A stretch of 64,000 nucleotides of DNA from an uncultured Acidimicrobiaceae bacterium (GTDB lineage Bacteria > Actinomycetota > Acidimicrobiia > Acidimicrobiales > Palsa-688). Shown in pieces: positions 1 to 8,329 of the stretch. The stretch is taken from positions 103,322 to 167,321 of the forward strand of contig CAWKOH010000012.1 of assembly GCA_963851245.1 (NCBI GenBank). Reading direction: 5' to 3'. The notes beneath the pieces were generated by a model that searched no databases, had not been told where the DNA came from, and saw nothing but the letters and a program-made list of their open reading frames with translations. The position numbers were made by a program, and so were the translations under genes. Numbering within the stretch: position 1 is the stretch's first letter; every line of letters starts with the position of its first letter.

Positions 1-35
1 TATCGGCTCGGGGCCGGTGTCGAGGCAGAGACGGG

Positions 36-1496
36 ATGACCGTCTACCTGGTCGGGGCGGGCCCCGGCGACCCGGGGTTGCTTACCGTTCGCGGCGCGGA
101 GGTTCTGAGGGGATCCGACGTCGTGGTTCACGACCGACTCGCCGATGCCAGCCTGCTGGACCTGGCCCCCGCCTCGGCCCGGCGGATCGACGTGGGGAAG
201 GCGCCGGGTGGCCCGGTGAGGCAGGACGAGATCAACGACCTGCTCGTCGCCGAAGCCCGAGCCGGCCATCAGGTGGTGCGCCTGAAGGGCGGGGATCCCT
301 TTGTGTTCGGTCGAGGCGGCGAGGAAGCACAGGCGTTGCAGGCGGCTGGAGTCCCGTTCGAGGTGGTGCCGGGCATCACCTCGGCCGTCGCCGTTCCCGC
401 TTACGCCGGCGTACCTGTGACACACCGGGGTCTGGCGACGTCGTTCACTGTTGTTACCGGCCATAGTCGCCACGCCATCGACCGGGAGACGGACTGGGAG
501 GCTCTGGCCCGGGCTGGGGGGACGATCGTGGTCCTGATGGGGGTGGCTCACCGGGACGCCATAGCAGCGCGTTTGATTGCCGGCGGGCTGCCGGCAGACA
601 CCCCGGTGCTGGGGGTGCACTGGGGGACCCGGCCCGAGCAGCGATCGGTGCGGGTGCGCTTGCACGAGTTGGCGGCCACGCCGCTCGAACCGCCCGTGAC
701 CATGGTGATCGGCGCCGTGGCCGGACTGGACCTGTCTTGGTACGAGGCTCGACCCTTGTTCGGCCGGCGAGTGGTGGTGACCCGGGCCCGGACGCAAGCC
801 TCGGTGCTCTCCGAACGGCTGAGAGAGCTGGGTGCCCGGCCCATCGAGGTACCGACCATCGAGATCGCACCGGCGGCGGACGGAGGAGCCGCCTTGCAGC
901 TGGCGGCCGCCGGCCTGGCCGAGGGTCGCTATCAGTGGGTGGTGTTCACTTCCTCGAATGCCGTCGAGGCTCTCATGGAGCTGGTACCCGACTCCCGTTC
1001 CTTCGGATCGACGTCAATCGCGGCGGTGGGCCCCGCCACCGCGTCCGCCCTGGAGCGATACCGGCTGATCCCGGATCTGGTGCCGGATCGGCAGCTGGCC
1101 GAGGGCCTGGTGGAGGCCTTCCCGGACCCGCCGGCCCAGGATGCTGCGGTTCTGTTTCCGCGTGCGGCTGGGGGCAGGGAGGTCCTGGTGGACGGCCTGG
1201 TGGAAGCTGGTTGGCAGGTCGACCTGGTGGAGGCGTACCGCACGGTGCCGGCCCGGCCGGCAGCCGAGACCATCACAGCTGTGGCTGATGCGGACGCCGC
1301 TTGCTTCACCGCCTCCTCCACCGTGGCCGGCTTCCTGTCTTCCTTCGGGCCGGCGGCGGTGCCGCCCGTCGTGGTCTGTATCGGTCCTGTCACCGCGGCC
1401 ACGGCCCGGGACGCGGGCATAGAGGTGGCGGCGGTGGCCGGCGAGCACACCATCGACGGCTTGATCTCGGCGCTGGTCGCGGTGCTCGGGGGGTAG
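36..1496 (+). CDS. cobA-hemD: Bifunctional uroporphyrinogen-III C-methyltransferase / uroporphyrinogen-III synthase (SUMT domain fused to HemD domain)
   Basis: 486-aa ORF. The N-terminal half carries tetrapyrrole-methylase motifs (VYLVGAGPGDPGLLTVRG, GGDPFVFGRGGEE). The C-terminal ~240 aa (RRVVVTRAR...WVVFTSSNAV...CIGPVTA) is HemD-like. It sits in a hem cluster with hemB/hemL. Confidence 0.9.
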   Translation: MTVYLVGAGPGDPGLLTVRGAEVLRGSDVVVHDRLADASLLDLAPASARRIDVGKAPGGPVRQDEINDLLVAEARAGHQVVRLKGGDPFVFGRGGEEAQALQAAGVPFEVVPGITSAVAVPAYAGVPVTHRGLATSFTVVTGHSRHAIDRETDWEALARAGGTIVVLMGVAHRDAIAARLIAGGLPADTPVLGVHWGTRPEQRSVRVRLHELAATPLEPPVTMVIGAVAGLDLSWYEARPLFGRRVVVTRARTQASVLSERLRELGARPIEVPTIEIAPAADGGAALQLAAAGLAEGRYQWVVFTSSNAVEALMELVPDSRSFGSTSIAAVGPATASALERYRLIPDLVPDRQLAEGLVEAFPDPPAQDAAVLFPRAAGGREVLVDGLVEAGWQVDLVEAYRTVPARPAAETITAVADADAACFTASSTVAGFLSSFGPAAVPPVVVCIGPVTAATARDAGIEVAAVAGEHTIDGLISALVAVLGG

Positions 1497-1561
1497 GGCC
1501 GGCTCGGGATGACGGCCGGGGGCCGCGCCGGCCGGCCAGCCACCTCCGGCTTGTGCGCAGT

Positions 1562-1583
1562 AGTTAACTATATTTGGTTAACT
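1562..1583. repeat. AT-rich perfect inverted repeat AGTTAAC-N8-GTTAACT between convergent gene ends
   Basis: Read directly: AGTTAAC at 1562-1568, spacer tatatttg, GTTAACT at 1577-1583. It is embedded in a local AT-rich island in otherwise GC-rich DNA. Function unknown. Confidence 0.5.
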
Positions 1584-1632
1584 GGTGAGCAGAATCAGTG
1601 AGTTTCACTATTTTGCGATGTCCCTCGATCTG

Positions 1633-2085
1633 TCAACCCGCCGGCCGCAGTACGAAGACCGGGTGCCGGGGGGCGATGGCAGCCAGCTCCTGATCGGTGG
1701 AGTCCGGGCCAACCCCGTCGAAGAAGACCCCGACCTCGGCCTTCCAGCGCCGCAGGTACTCCCGGAGGACACTGGCCTTCTGGTCGTCGGCCAGCTCGGA
1801 GGCGGTGAACCGGTCGCGGTGCGATCCGAGCAGAAGGGTCAGCCGGCCGGAGTCGGCGCGCACGTTGCGCACCCACTCCGTCTCGCCCCTGGGTGCCACC
1901 AGGTACTGCTCGCCCTCGAAGGCGAGGAGGTTGACGGGGTTGCGCCGGGGTTGGCCACTCTTGCGGCCTTTGACCTCGAGGACTCGGGACCCGTGGACGC
2001 TCAGGCCCAGGCGGGTGAGACCGGCAACGGTCTGGTTGAAGACGTGGGTGGTGAACCAGCCCGGCTTCTTGTAGTGGGTATCCAT
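1633..2085 (-). CDS. Deazaflavin (F420)-dependent nitroreductase-family oxidoreductase (DDN-like)
   Basis: The ORF 1633..2121 contains KKPGWFTTHVFNQ...GRKSGQPRRNPVNLL...APRGETEWVRNVRA, typical of the DDN/PPOX-like split-barrel family. The ATG at 2085 (MDTHYKK) is preceded by GGAG at about 8 nt, so I prefer it over the GTG at 2121. Confidence 0.75.
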   Translation of the reverse strand: MDTHYKKPGWFTTHVFNQTVAGLTRLGLSVHGSRVLEVKGRKSGQPRRNPVNLLAFEGEQYLVAPRGETEWVRNVRADSGRLTLLLGSHRDRFTASELADDQKASVLREYLRRWKAEVGVFFDGVGPDSTDQELAAIAPRHPVFVLRPAG

Positions 2086-2133
2086 CTCATAATCTCCAGC
2101 TTGTCGGCGAATAGTGATCACTGATCCTAGTCA

Positions 2134-2168
2134 AGAACAATGTTCACGTCAAGGGACAGTGTTCAACA
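2134..2168. promoter_or_regulatory. Candidate TetR operator(s) in the divergent TetR / nitroreductase intergenic region
   Basis: GAACA-A-TGTTC palindrome at 2135-2145 and TGTT-C-AACA at 2160-2168. Both contain the repeated core ACA-N-TGTTCA (2137-2146 and 2156-2165). The ~100-nt AT-richer spacer lies between two divergent genes, the usual position of a TetR operator. Confidence 0.4.
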
Positions 2169-2187
2169 ATTCGGTTAAGCTGTAGCT

Positions 2188-2880
2188 GTGACCGCTTCGC
2201 AGACCGCCCGGGCCCGGGTGCGGGCCGAGCTGACCAGGGAGATCATCGCTGCCGCCCAGGCAGAGCTGGCTTCCGAAGGAGCCGCGGGCCTGTCCCTGCG
2301 AGCCGTGGCCCGCCGGCTGGGGATGGTTCCCTCTGCCCTCTACCGCTATTTCCCGAACCGAGATGGGTTACTGACGGCCCTCATCATCGACGCCTATCGG
2401 GCCGTCGGGGCCGCCGCGGCGGGCGCGGATACATCGTCGGGTCCGGATCCGGCCCACCGCTGGCGCGCGGTGACTTCCGCGGTCCGCACATGGGCCGGCG
2501 ATCATCCCCATCAGTGGGCGCTCGTCTACGGCTCGCCGGTCCCCGGGTACCAGGCGCCGCAGGAGACGGTGGAGGCGGCCCTGGTCATCACCGGGGTTGT
2601 CGCCGGGATCTTCGCCGATGCGGTCCCAGCCGGAGCAGCCCCGCCCGCCGGTCTCGCGGCAGCCCCCGAAGGTCTGGCTGCCGTGGTGGCTCCGATGCAG
2701 GCGGACCTGCTGCCGGGCCGGCCGGCGGAGGTGGTGGCGGCGGTGTTCATGGCATGGACGCAGCTGATCGGAATGGTGAGCCTCGAACTCTTCGGCCACT
2801 ACGAGGGAGCCACGACGGACTTCGACCGAGTGTTCGACTACTGCATGAACGCCACCGGCCATCACGCCGGGCTGGCCTAG
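2188..2880 (+). CDS. TetR/AcrR family transcriptional regulator
   Basis: 230-aa ORF. The N-terminal HTH (LSLRAVARRLGMVPSALYRYFPNRDGLLTALI) is a canonical TetR_N signature. It is divergent from the DDN-like gene. Confidence 0.85.
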   Translation: MTASQTARARVRAELTREIIAAAQAELASEGAAGLSLRAVARRLGMVPSALYRYFPNRDGLLTALIIDAYRAVGAAAAGADTSSGPDPAHRWRAVTSAVRTWAGDHPHQWALVYGSPVPGYQAPQETVEAALVITGVVAGIFADAVPAGAAPPAGLAAAPEGLAAVVAPMQADLLPGRPAEVVAAVFMAWTQLIGMVSLELFGHYEGATTDFDRVFDYCMNATGHHAGLA

Positions 2881-2904
2881 ACCATCCCCGGTAGCGTGGG
2901 GACC

Positions 2905-3888
2905 ATGGCTTACCCCGCCACCAGGCTGCGCCGGCTGCGGAGCAGCCGCCTCCTCCGGGAAATGATCGCCGAGACCGTCCTGACCCCCAGCGACCTGATC
3001 GCGCCCCTGTTCGTCCGGGAGGGGATCGATGAACCACAGCCTGTCGCCTCGCTCCCAGGCGTCGTCCAGCACACCAGCGAGACCCTCGTGAAGGAGGCTC
3101 GGCGGCTGTGCTCGCTCGGTGTTCCGGCCCTCGTCCTCTTCGGCGTGCCCGCGACCAAGGACGCGGTCGGAACCGGGGCGTCGGATCCCGACGGGATCGT
3201 CCAGGTGGCGTTGCGCCGCCTGGCGGACGAGCTGGCCGGCGAGATGGTTCTCATCGCTGACCTCTGCCTGGACGAGTACACCGATCACGGCCACTGCGGG
3301 ATCCTCGATGACGGCGGCGAGGTCGATAACGACTTGACCTTGGCCCGCTACGCCGAGGTGGCGGTGGTCCAGGCCGAAGCCGGCGCCCAGGTGGTGGCTC
3401 CGTCGGGGATGATGGACGGGCAGGTTGCCTCCATCCGAGCCGCGCTCGATTCGAACGGGCACTCGGGCACGGCCATTTTGGCTTACGCGGCCAAGTACGC
3501 CTCCGCCCTGTACGGCCCATTCCGCGACGCGGTGGACGTGAGCATTCTCGGCGGCGGTGACCGCAAGGGTTACCAGCAGGACGCCCGCAACGTTCGCGAA
3601 GCGCTTCGGGAGGTGGAGCTGGACGTACAAGAAGGCGCCGACATGGTGATGGTGAAGCCGGCGCTGGCCTATCTCGATGTGATCTCCGCCGTGAGACAAC
3701 GGGTGGACGTGCCGCTCGCCGCCTATCACGTGAGCGGGGAGTACGCCATGATCAAGGCGGCTGCCGAGAGGGGCTGGATCGATGGTCCGGCCGTGGCCCT
3801 CGAGCACACGCTGGCGATCAAGCGGGCCGGAGCCGACCTGATCCTGACCTACCTGGCGGGGGAACTGGCCGAAGTCCTCAATGGCTGA
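2905..3888 (+). CDS. hemB: Porphobilinogen synthase (delta-aminolevulinate dehydratase)
   Basis: The ORF 2896..3888 begins ...MAYPATRLRRLRSSRLLREMIAE...LIAPLFV and contains ADMVMVKPA and YHVSGEYAM. Start is ATG 2905 (or GTG 2896). The stop overlaps the hemL start. Confidence 0.92.
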   Translation: MAYPATRLRRLRSSRLLREMIAETVLTPSDLIAPLFVREGIDEPQPVASLPGVVQHTSETLVKEARRLCSLGVPALVLFGVPATKDAVGTGASDPDGIVQVALRRLADELAGEMVLIADLCLDEYTDHGHCGILDDGGEVDNDLTLARYAEVAVVQAEAGAQVVAPSGMMDGQVASIRAALDSNGHSGTAILAYAAKYASALYGPFRDAVDVSILGGGDRKGYQQDARNVREALREVELDVQEGADMVMVKPALAYLDVISAVRQRVDVPLAAYHVSGEYAMIKAAAERGWIDGPAVALEHTLAIKRAGADLILTYLAGELAEVLNG

Positions 3889-5170
3889 GCCTGCCGGCCC
3901 GACCAAGGAACCGACCGCCGGCCCTACGAACGAAGCGTGGTACGCCCGGGCCCAGAGGGTGATACCTGGAGGGGTGAACTCGCCGGTGCGGGCCTTCCGA
4001 TCGGTCGGTGGCACCCCCTATTTCGTGGCGCGTGGCGACGGGGCCTACGTGTGGGATGTGGAAGGCCGGCGCTACCTGGACTATGTCCAGTCCTACGGGG
4101 CGTCCATCCTCGGTCACGCCCATCCCAAGGTGGTCGAAGCGATCGAGGGGGCCGCGTCGGAAGGGACCTCCTTCGGTGCCCCCACGGCCCGGGAGGTTCG
4201 CCTGGCGGAGGAGATCTCAGCCCGGGTGCCTGGATGCGAGATGGTCCGGCTGGTCAGCAGCGGCACCGAAGCGACGATGTCGGCCATCAGGGTGGCCCGC
4301 GGTGCCACCGGACGGAACCGCATCGTGGTGTTCTCGGGCTGTTACCACGGCCACAGCGACGGGCTGCTCGCCGGTGGGGGCAGCGGCGTGGCCACGCTCG
4401 GGCTGCCCGCCTCTGCCGGTGTCCCCCCTGCCGCGGTGGCTGAGACCCTCGTCGTCCCCTACAACCAGGTCCCGGAGCTCGGCCCCGACGTGGCCTGCGT
4501 CATCGTCGAGCCCGTCGCCGCCAATATGGGCCTAGTCGCCCCGGGTCCCGGCTTCCTCTCCGGTTTGCGAGAGGCGTGCGACCGGGCCGGCGCCCTGCTG
4601 ATCTTCGACGAGGTCATTACCGGCTTCCGGCTGGCGTTCGGGGGCGCCACCGAAGTGTTCGGGGTTCGACCTGATCTGTGGTGCTTCGGGAAGGTCATCG
4701 GAGGTGGGCTTCCGCTGGCAGCCTTCGGGGGCCGGCGCGACGTGATGGAGCAGCTGGCCCCGGTAGGGCCGATCTACCAGGCCGGGACTTTGTCGGGCAA
4801 CCCGTTGGCCACCGCGGCCGGGCTGGCTGTCCTCGCTCAACTCGATCGGGACTGCTATGCGGAGCTGTCCGCTCGCGTCGGGCGGCTAGCGGCCGATCTG
4901 GGGCAGATCCTCGGGCCCGATGTGCAGGTGCCGGTGGTCGGACCGCTCATCGGCATCTTCTTCGCCTCCGAACCGGTCACTGACTACGACGGGGCTACCA
5001 AGTCGGCGGCCACGGGACGCTACCCGGGCGTGATGCACGGCCTGCTCGATCGGGGCGTGGCGATCGCGCCGGGAGCATACGAGGTCCTTTTTCCCAGCCT
5101 GGCCCATGGACAGCCGGAGCTGCGGCTGACCCTGGAAGCATTCTCCGGAGTCGTGGACGCCGGTCTCTAG
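3881..5170 (+). CDS. hemL: Glutamate-1-semialdehyde 2,1-aminomutase
   Basis: 429-aa ORF with GGVNSPVRAF, the class-III aminotransferase region SGTEATMSAIRVARG, and FDEVITGFR...GKVIGGGLP (PLP lysine region). Confidence 0.92.
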   Translation: MAEPAGPTKEPTAGPTNEAWYARAQRVIPGGVNSPVRAFRSVGGTPYFVARGDGAYVWDVEGRRYLDYVQSYGASILGHAHPKVVEAIEGAASEGTSFGAPTAREVRLAEEISARVPGCEMVRLVSSGTEATMSAIRVARGATGRNRIVVFSGCYHGHSDGLLAGGGSGVATLGLPASAGVPPAAVAETLVVPYNQVPELGPDVACVIVEPVAANMGLVAPGPGFLSGLREACDRAGALLIFDEVITGFRLAFGGATEVFGVRPDLWCFGKVIGGGLPLAAFGGRRDVMEQLAPVGPIYQAGTLSGNPLATAAGLAVLAQLDRDCYAELSARVGRLAADLGQILGPDVQVPVVGPLIGIFFASEPVTDYDGATKSAATGRYPGVMHGLLDRGVAIAPGAYEVLFPSLAHGQPELRLTLEAFSGVVDAGL

Positions 5171-6444
5171 CCGCTGCCCGGGACCAGCTGGGAAATGGTG
5201 GCGAGCGCCCGGTAGGCGGCCTCGGCCGGACCCAACTCGTCGGGGCGGAGGAGGTTGGCCATTATCCGGAGCACCCACTCCATCAGGCTGCGGCTGCGCA
5301 TGCCCGTGGACGCCAGGACCTTCATCAGTTCGGGGTGGCCGATAACCCGTACGAAAGCCCGGGCCACCCGGTAGTAGAGGTCGTATTCGGAGCGCAGCCG
5401 CTTCTCGTAGGTGCGCAAGGCCATGCCGTCCCCGGTCGTCATCGCCAGGTCGACCGCTTCCGCCGCGAACCGGCCGGATTCGTAGGCGTAGGCGATGCCC
5501 TCGCCGTTGAAAGGGTTGATGGTGCCGCCGGCGTCGCCGGTCATGATCCAGGTGGGCCCCACGTGCGGGGTCACGGACAGTCCCATCGGCAGGCGGCCGC
5601 CGGTGGGGGGGCCGCACGATGTCTCGGGCCGGATGTCCCAGGAGGAGGGGGCGAACTCGGAGAAGCTCTGCAAGAGGTGGGTGGTGTTGACCGCCTTCCA
5701 CTGGTTGAAGGTGGAGAGCAGGCCGACTCCCACGTTGATACGGCCGTCGCCGACGGGGAAGATCCAGCCGTAACCCGGCAGCACGTTGCCGTCCTTGTCC
5801 CGGATGTCCAGCCAGCTGTCGATCCACGGCTCGTCGTGGCGAGGCGAGCTCCAGTAGCCCCGGATCGCCATTCCGAGCGGGTAGGACCGGTCCCTGCTGG
5901 TGCCGAGGGAACGGCCGAAGCGGGAGTTGGCCCCGTCGGCGACCACCGTGTACCGGGAGCGCACCGGCACCGTCGATCCGTCCGCGGATTTCGACTTGAC
6001 GGTCGCGCCGCGGACCAAGCCGTTCTCGACCAGAGGCTCCACCGCTTCGGCTCCGTCCCAAACCGTGGCCCCGGCTTTGGCGGCCCGCTCGGCGACCAGG
6101 GCGTCGAGGTCCTTGCGGGTGATCACGTAGCCGTACTCGGGCAGGGTTGGGTGGTCGGGCCACTTCAGCTCCAAAGTCCGGCCGTATCCATGGGACCGGA
6201 GCCCGGCGAAGCGGTGTCCGGCGCCGGCCAGCTCCTCGCCGAGGCCCATGTCCTCGAGCTGGCGGACCGACCGCGGCGTGAGCCCGTCGCCGCAGGTCTT
6301 CTCCCGCGGGTAGCGCTTGCGCTCGACCATGAGCACGTCGTGCCCGGCGCTGGCCAGCCAGTAGGCACAGGCCGAGCCCGATGGCCCTCCGCCTATCACC
6401 AGCACGTCGCACCGGCGCGGTGACACCCGGCCGCGGTCATCCAT
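5167..6444 (-). CDS. Geranylgeranyl reductase family FAD-dependent oxidoreductase (MenJ-like)
   Basis: 425-aa ORF. It has the N-terminal FAD fold CDVLVIGGGPSGSACAYWLA, then EKTCGDGLTP, and GDAGGTINPFNGEGI. Confidence 0.8.
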   Translation of the reverse strand: MDDRGRVSPRRCDVLVIGGGPSGSACAYWLASAGHDVLMVERKRYPREKTCGDGLTPRSVRQLEDMGLGEELAGAGHRFAGLRSHGYGRTLELKWPDHPTLPEYGYVITRKDLDALVAERAAKAGATVWDGAEAVEPLVENGLVRGATVKSKSADGSTVPVRSRYTVVADGANSRFGRSLGTSRDRSYPLGMAIRGYWSSPRHDEPWIDSWLDIRDKDGNVLPGYGWIFPVGDGRINVGVGLLSTFNQWKAVNTTHLLQSFSEFAPSSWDIRPETSCGPPTGGRLPMGLSVTPHVGPTWIMTGDAGGTINPFNGEGIAYAYESGRFAAEAVDLAMTTGDGMALRTYEKRLRSEYDLYYRVARAFVRVIGHPELMKVLASTGMRSRSLMEWVLRIMANLLRPDELGPAEAAYRALATISQLVPGSG

Positions 6445-6492
6445 ACGAAGAATCTAGGCGGTCGGTCGGGGGGCGGCCGACAACCCCCCGGG

Positions 6493-7053
6493 TTGGCGGC
6501 CCCCCGCCGGGGTGGAAGTAACATCGCTGGCGTGGAGCAATACCTGCCGATTTTGTTGCTGCTGGTGCTGGTGGCACTGTTCGCGGGAGGTTCGGTCACC
6601 GCGTCGCGCCTGCTGAGTCCCAAGCGGCCGACGGGGGCCAAGGAGGGACCCTACGAGTCGGGCATTGCCCCCCGATACCGGCCCGCAATGCGGTTTCCGG
6701 TCCGCTTCTACCTGGTGGCGATGATTTTCATCATCTTCGACATCGAGGTGGTCTTCCTCTATCCATGGGCGGTGATGTACCACCAGCTTTGGACCTTTGG
6801 ACTGGCGGAGATGGCGGTGTTCGCGGTGGTCGTGTTCGTCGCCTTCGCCTACATGGTTTCCAACGGTGCCCTGGACTGGGGGCCCCGCCAGAAGAAGGGG
6901 GCCCCGGCCTCCGATCAGCTGACTCACAGCACCACGTCCACCGTGCGCCGGGTGCCTCGACCGCAGGAACTTCCCTTCGGTGTGGCGCCCATGCCGATCG
7001 AGGACGAACCCCCCTCCGAGCAGCCGGAGGCGCAGCCCGCTCGAAGCGCGTAG
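6493..7053 (+). CDS. nuoA: NADH-quinone oxidoreductase subunit A, with a C-terminal extension
   Basis: Contains YESGI...FPVRFYLVAMIFIIFDIEVVFLYPWA. The start is uncertain (TTG 6493 or GTG 6532). It has a ~60-aa hydrophilic tail. Confidence 0.9.
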   Translation: MAAPRRGGSNIAGVEQYLPILLLLVLVALFAGGSVTASRLLSPKRPTGAKEGPYESGIAPRYRPAMRFPVRFYLVAMIFIIFDIEVVFLYPWAVMYHQLWTFGLAEMAVFAVVVFVAFAYMVSNGALDWGPRQKKGAPASDQLTHSTTSTVRRVPRPQELPFGVAPMPIEDEPPSEQPEAQPARSA

Positions 7054-7123
7054 CGCCCTGGCGGTTCGGTTTGGTGTACCGGCGCGAGATGGCTCTACCG
7101 TGCGAGTCGAGAGGAGTCAGTAG

Positions 7124-7669
7124 ATGGGCTTAGAGAATCTCCAACACAATTTCCTCACCGGAACGCTCGAAGGAATGGTCAAGTGGGCCCGGGCGTCGAG
7201 CTCGTGGGGGGCCAACTTCGGGCTGGCTTGCTGCGCCATGGAGATGATGGCCAGCGGAGCGGCCAACTTCGATCTGGCCCGGTTCGGAATGGAAGTGTTC
7301 CGCGCCTCGCCCCGGCAAGCCGACGTGATGATCGTCGCGGGCCGGGTCAGCCAGAAGATGGCGCCGGTCCTGCGTCAGGTCTACGACCAGATGATGGAAC
7401 CGAAGTGGGTCATCTCGATGGGCGTTTGCGCCAGCACCGGCGGGATGTTCAACAACTACGCCATCGTCCAGGGCGTCGACCAGATCGTGCCCGTCGACGT
7501 CTACGCCCCGGGTTGCCCGCCTGGTCCCGAGACGCTGATCCATTCCATCCTGACCCTGCACCAGAAGATCCGTAACGGCGAGATCACCCGGCGTACCTCC
7601 AAGGAGCCGGGGGCCGGGATCCAACTGGACTCTCCCGCCAGCCGCCGGCCGGTCCAGGCCGACGCTTGA
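7124..7669 (+). CDS. nuoB: NADH-quinone oxidoreductase subunit B
   Basis: Contains [33 protein letters not shown] and YAPGCPP (N2 cluster ligands). A GAGGAG SD lies upstream. Confidence 0.95.
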   Translation: MGLENLQHNFLTGTLEGMVKWARASSSWGANFGLACCAMEMMASGAANFDLARFGMEVFRASPRQADVMIVAGRVSQKMAPVLRQVYDQMMEPKWVISMGVCASTGGMFNNYAIVQGVDQIVPVDVYAPGCPPGPETLIHSILTLHQKIRNGEITRRTSKEPGAGIQLDSPASRRPVQADA

Positions 7670-8203
7670 TGAGCGACGCCCCGGATAGCCCGGCACCGGT
7701 GGTAGCACCGGCTCAACCCGAAGTGGAGCCGCGTCGACACCCTGCACGGGTGCCCGGTCGTCGAGAGCCTGGGGGCGACCGTTGTCCACTGCAACCGGGA
7801 GCAGTACCTCGACCTTTGTACCGCGCTGAAATCCGACGGCTACATCATGCCGATTGGTGTCACGGGGGTGGACTATCTCACCCACCCCGGCCGGGCCCTC
7901 CCGGAGGGCATACGGCCCGAGCGCTTCGAAGTCGTGGTGGAGCTGCTCTCATTGTCCCTCCGCAAGCGGTTGCGGGTTCGCTGCCAGGTACCCGGTACCG
8001 ATCCGCGGGTGCCGACTCTGTTCGAGATCTGGCCCGGGACCGAGGCCCACGAACGCGAGACCTACGACATGTTCGGAGTCGACTTCGAGGGGCACCCGGA
8101 CCCGTCGCGCATCCTGATGCCCGAGGATTGGGAGGGTCATCCCCTGCGCAAGGACTACGACACCGGGCATATCCCCGTCCAGTTCAAAGAGGCACCCAAA
8201 TGA
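7666..8203 (+). pseudogene. nuoC: NADH-quinone oxidoreductase subunit C, reading frame disrupted near the 5' end (apparent +1 shift, or a sequence error)
   Basis: The ATGA-coupled ATG at 7666 ([12 protein letters not shown]...) is in frame 1. The conserved NuoC body (WSRVDTLHGCPVVESLG...GVTGVDYL...ERETYDMFGVDFEGHPD...PLRKDY) is in frame 2. That frame is closed by TAG at 7703-7705 and has no ATG/GTG/TTG before 7847. Confidence 0.85.
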
Positions 8204-8329
8204 GCGACGTGGTGGAGCGAATCAGTGTGACAGGTGGGCGCCCCGTCCCCTGCACGGTGCGGCCATGAGCGACCTGGTGGAGCGAATCAGTGTGGCAGGT
8301 GGGCGCCCCGTCCCATGGACGGTGCGGCC
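8200..8329 (+). repeat. Tandem duplication, 2 x 65 bp (61/65 identical), at the nuoC/nuoD junction. Each unit is a 22-codon ATGA-coupled mini-ORF.
   Basis: Unit 1 is 8200-8264 and unit 2 is 8265-8329, with mismatches at unit positions 10, 31, 51 and 54. A third ATGAGCGACG at 8330 continues as nuoD. Confidence 0.9.

Noticed and set aside
2368-4014. 548-aa minus-strand ORF. Similar long antisense ORFs are at 4886..6412, 12746..14134, 17104..18654, 19625..21166, 35552..37105 and 61328..63124.
   Set aside because: Each lies antisense to a gene with clear family motifs (hemB/hemL, GGR, nuoG, nuoL, nuoM, ligase/ABC, XDH-like). Their translations are Arg/Pro/Gly/His-rich with no recognisable domains. 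These are typical stop-poor shadow frames of GC-rich DNA.
5167-5170. Convergent genes share a palindromic CTAG as overlapping stop codons (hemL/GGR here, and STAS/ArsA at 50843..50846).
   Set aside because: It is real in the sequence but most simply a coincidence of TAG stops on both strands. There is no evidence of function.
6467-6490. Hairpin CGGGGGG-N10-CCCCCCG just upstream of nuoA.
   Set aside because: It may be a leader structure, but it is a simple G/C run pairing inside a region whose coding status (TTG 6493 versus GTG 6532 start) is unresolved. That is insufficient to call a regulatory element.
8234-8329. Upstream extension of the nuoD ORF (MGAPSPARCGHERPGG...).
   Set aside because: It is repeat unit 1/2 read in the nuoD frame. 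The ATGA-coupled ATG at 8330 is the more plausible start.
8200-8329. Could the direct repeats here, and those at 56287..56350, be a CRISPR array?
   Set aside because: The units abut with no spacers, there are only 2-4 copies, the unit lengths are 65 and 16 bp, and there are no cas genes. These are tandem duplications or a microsatellite, not CRISPR.
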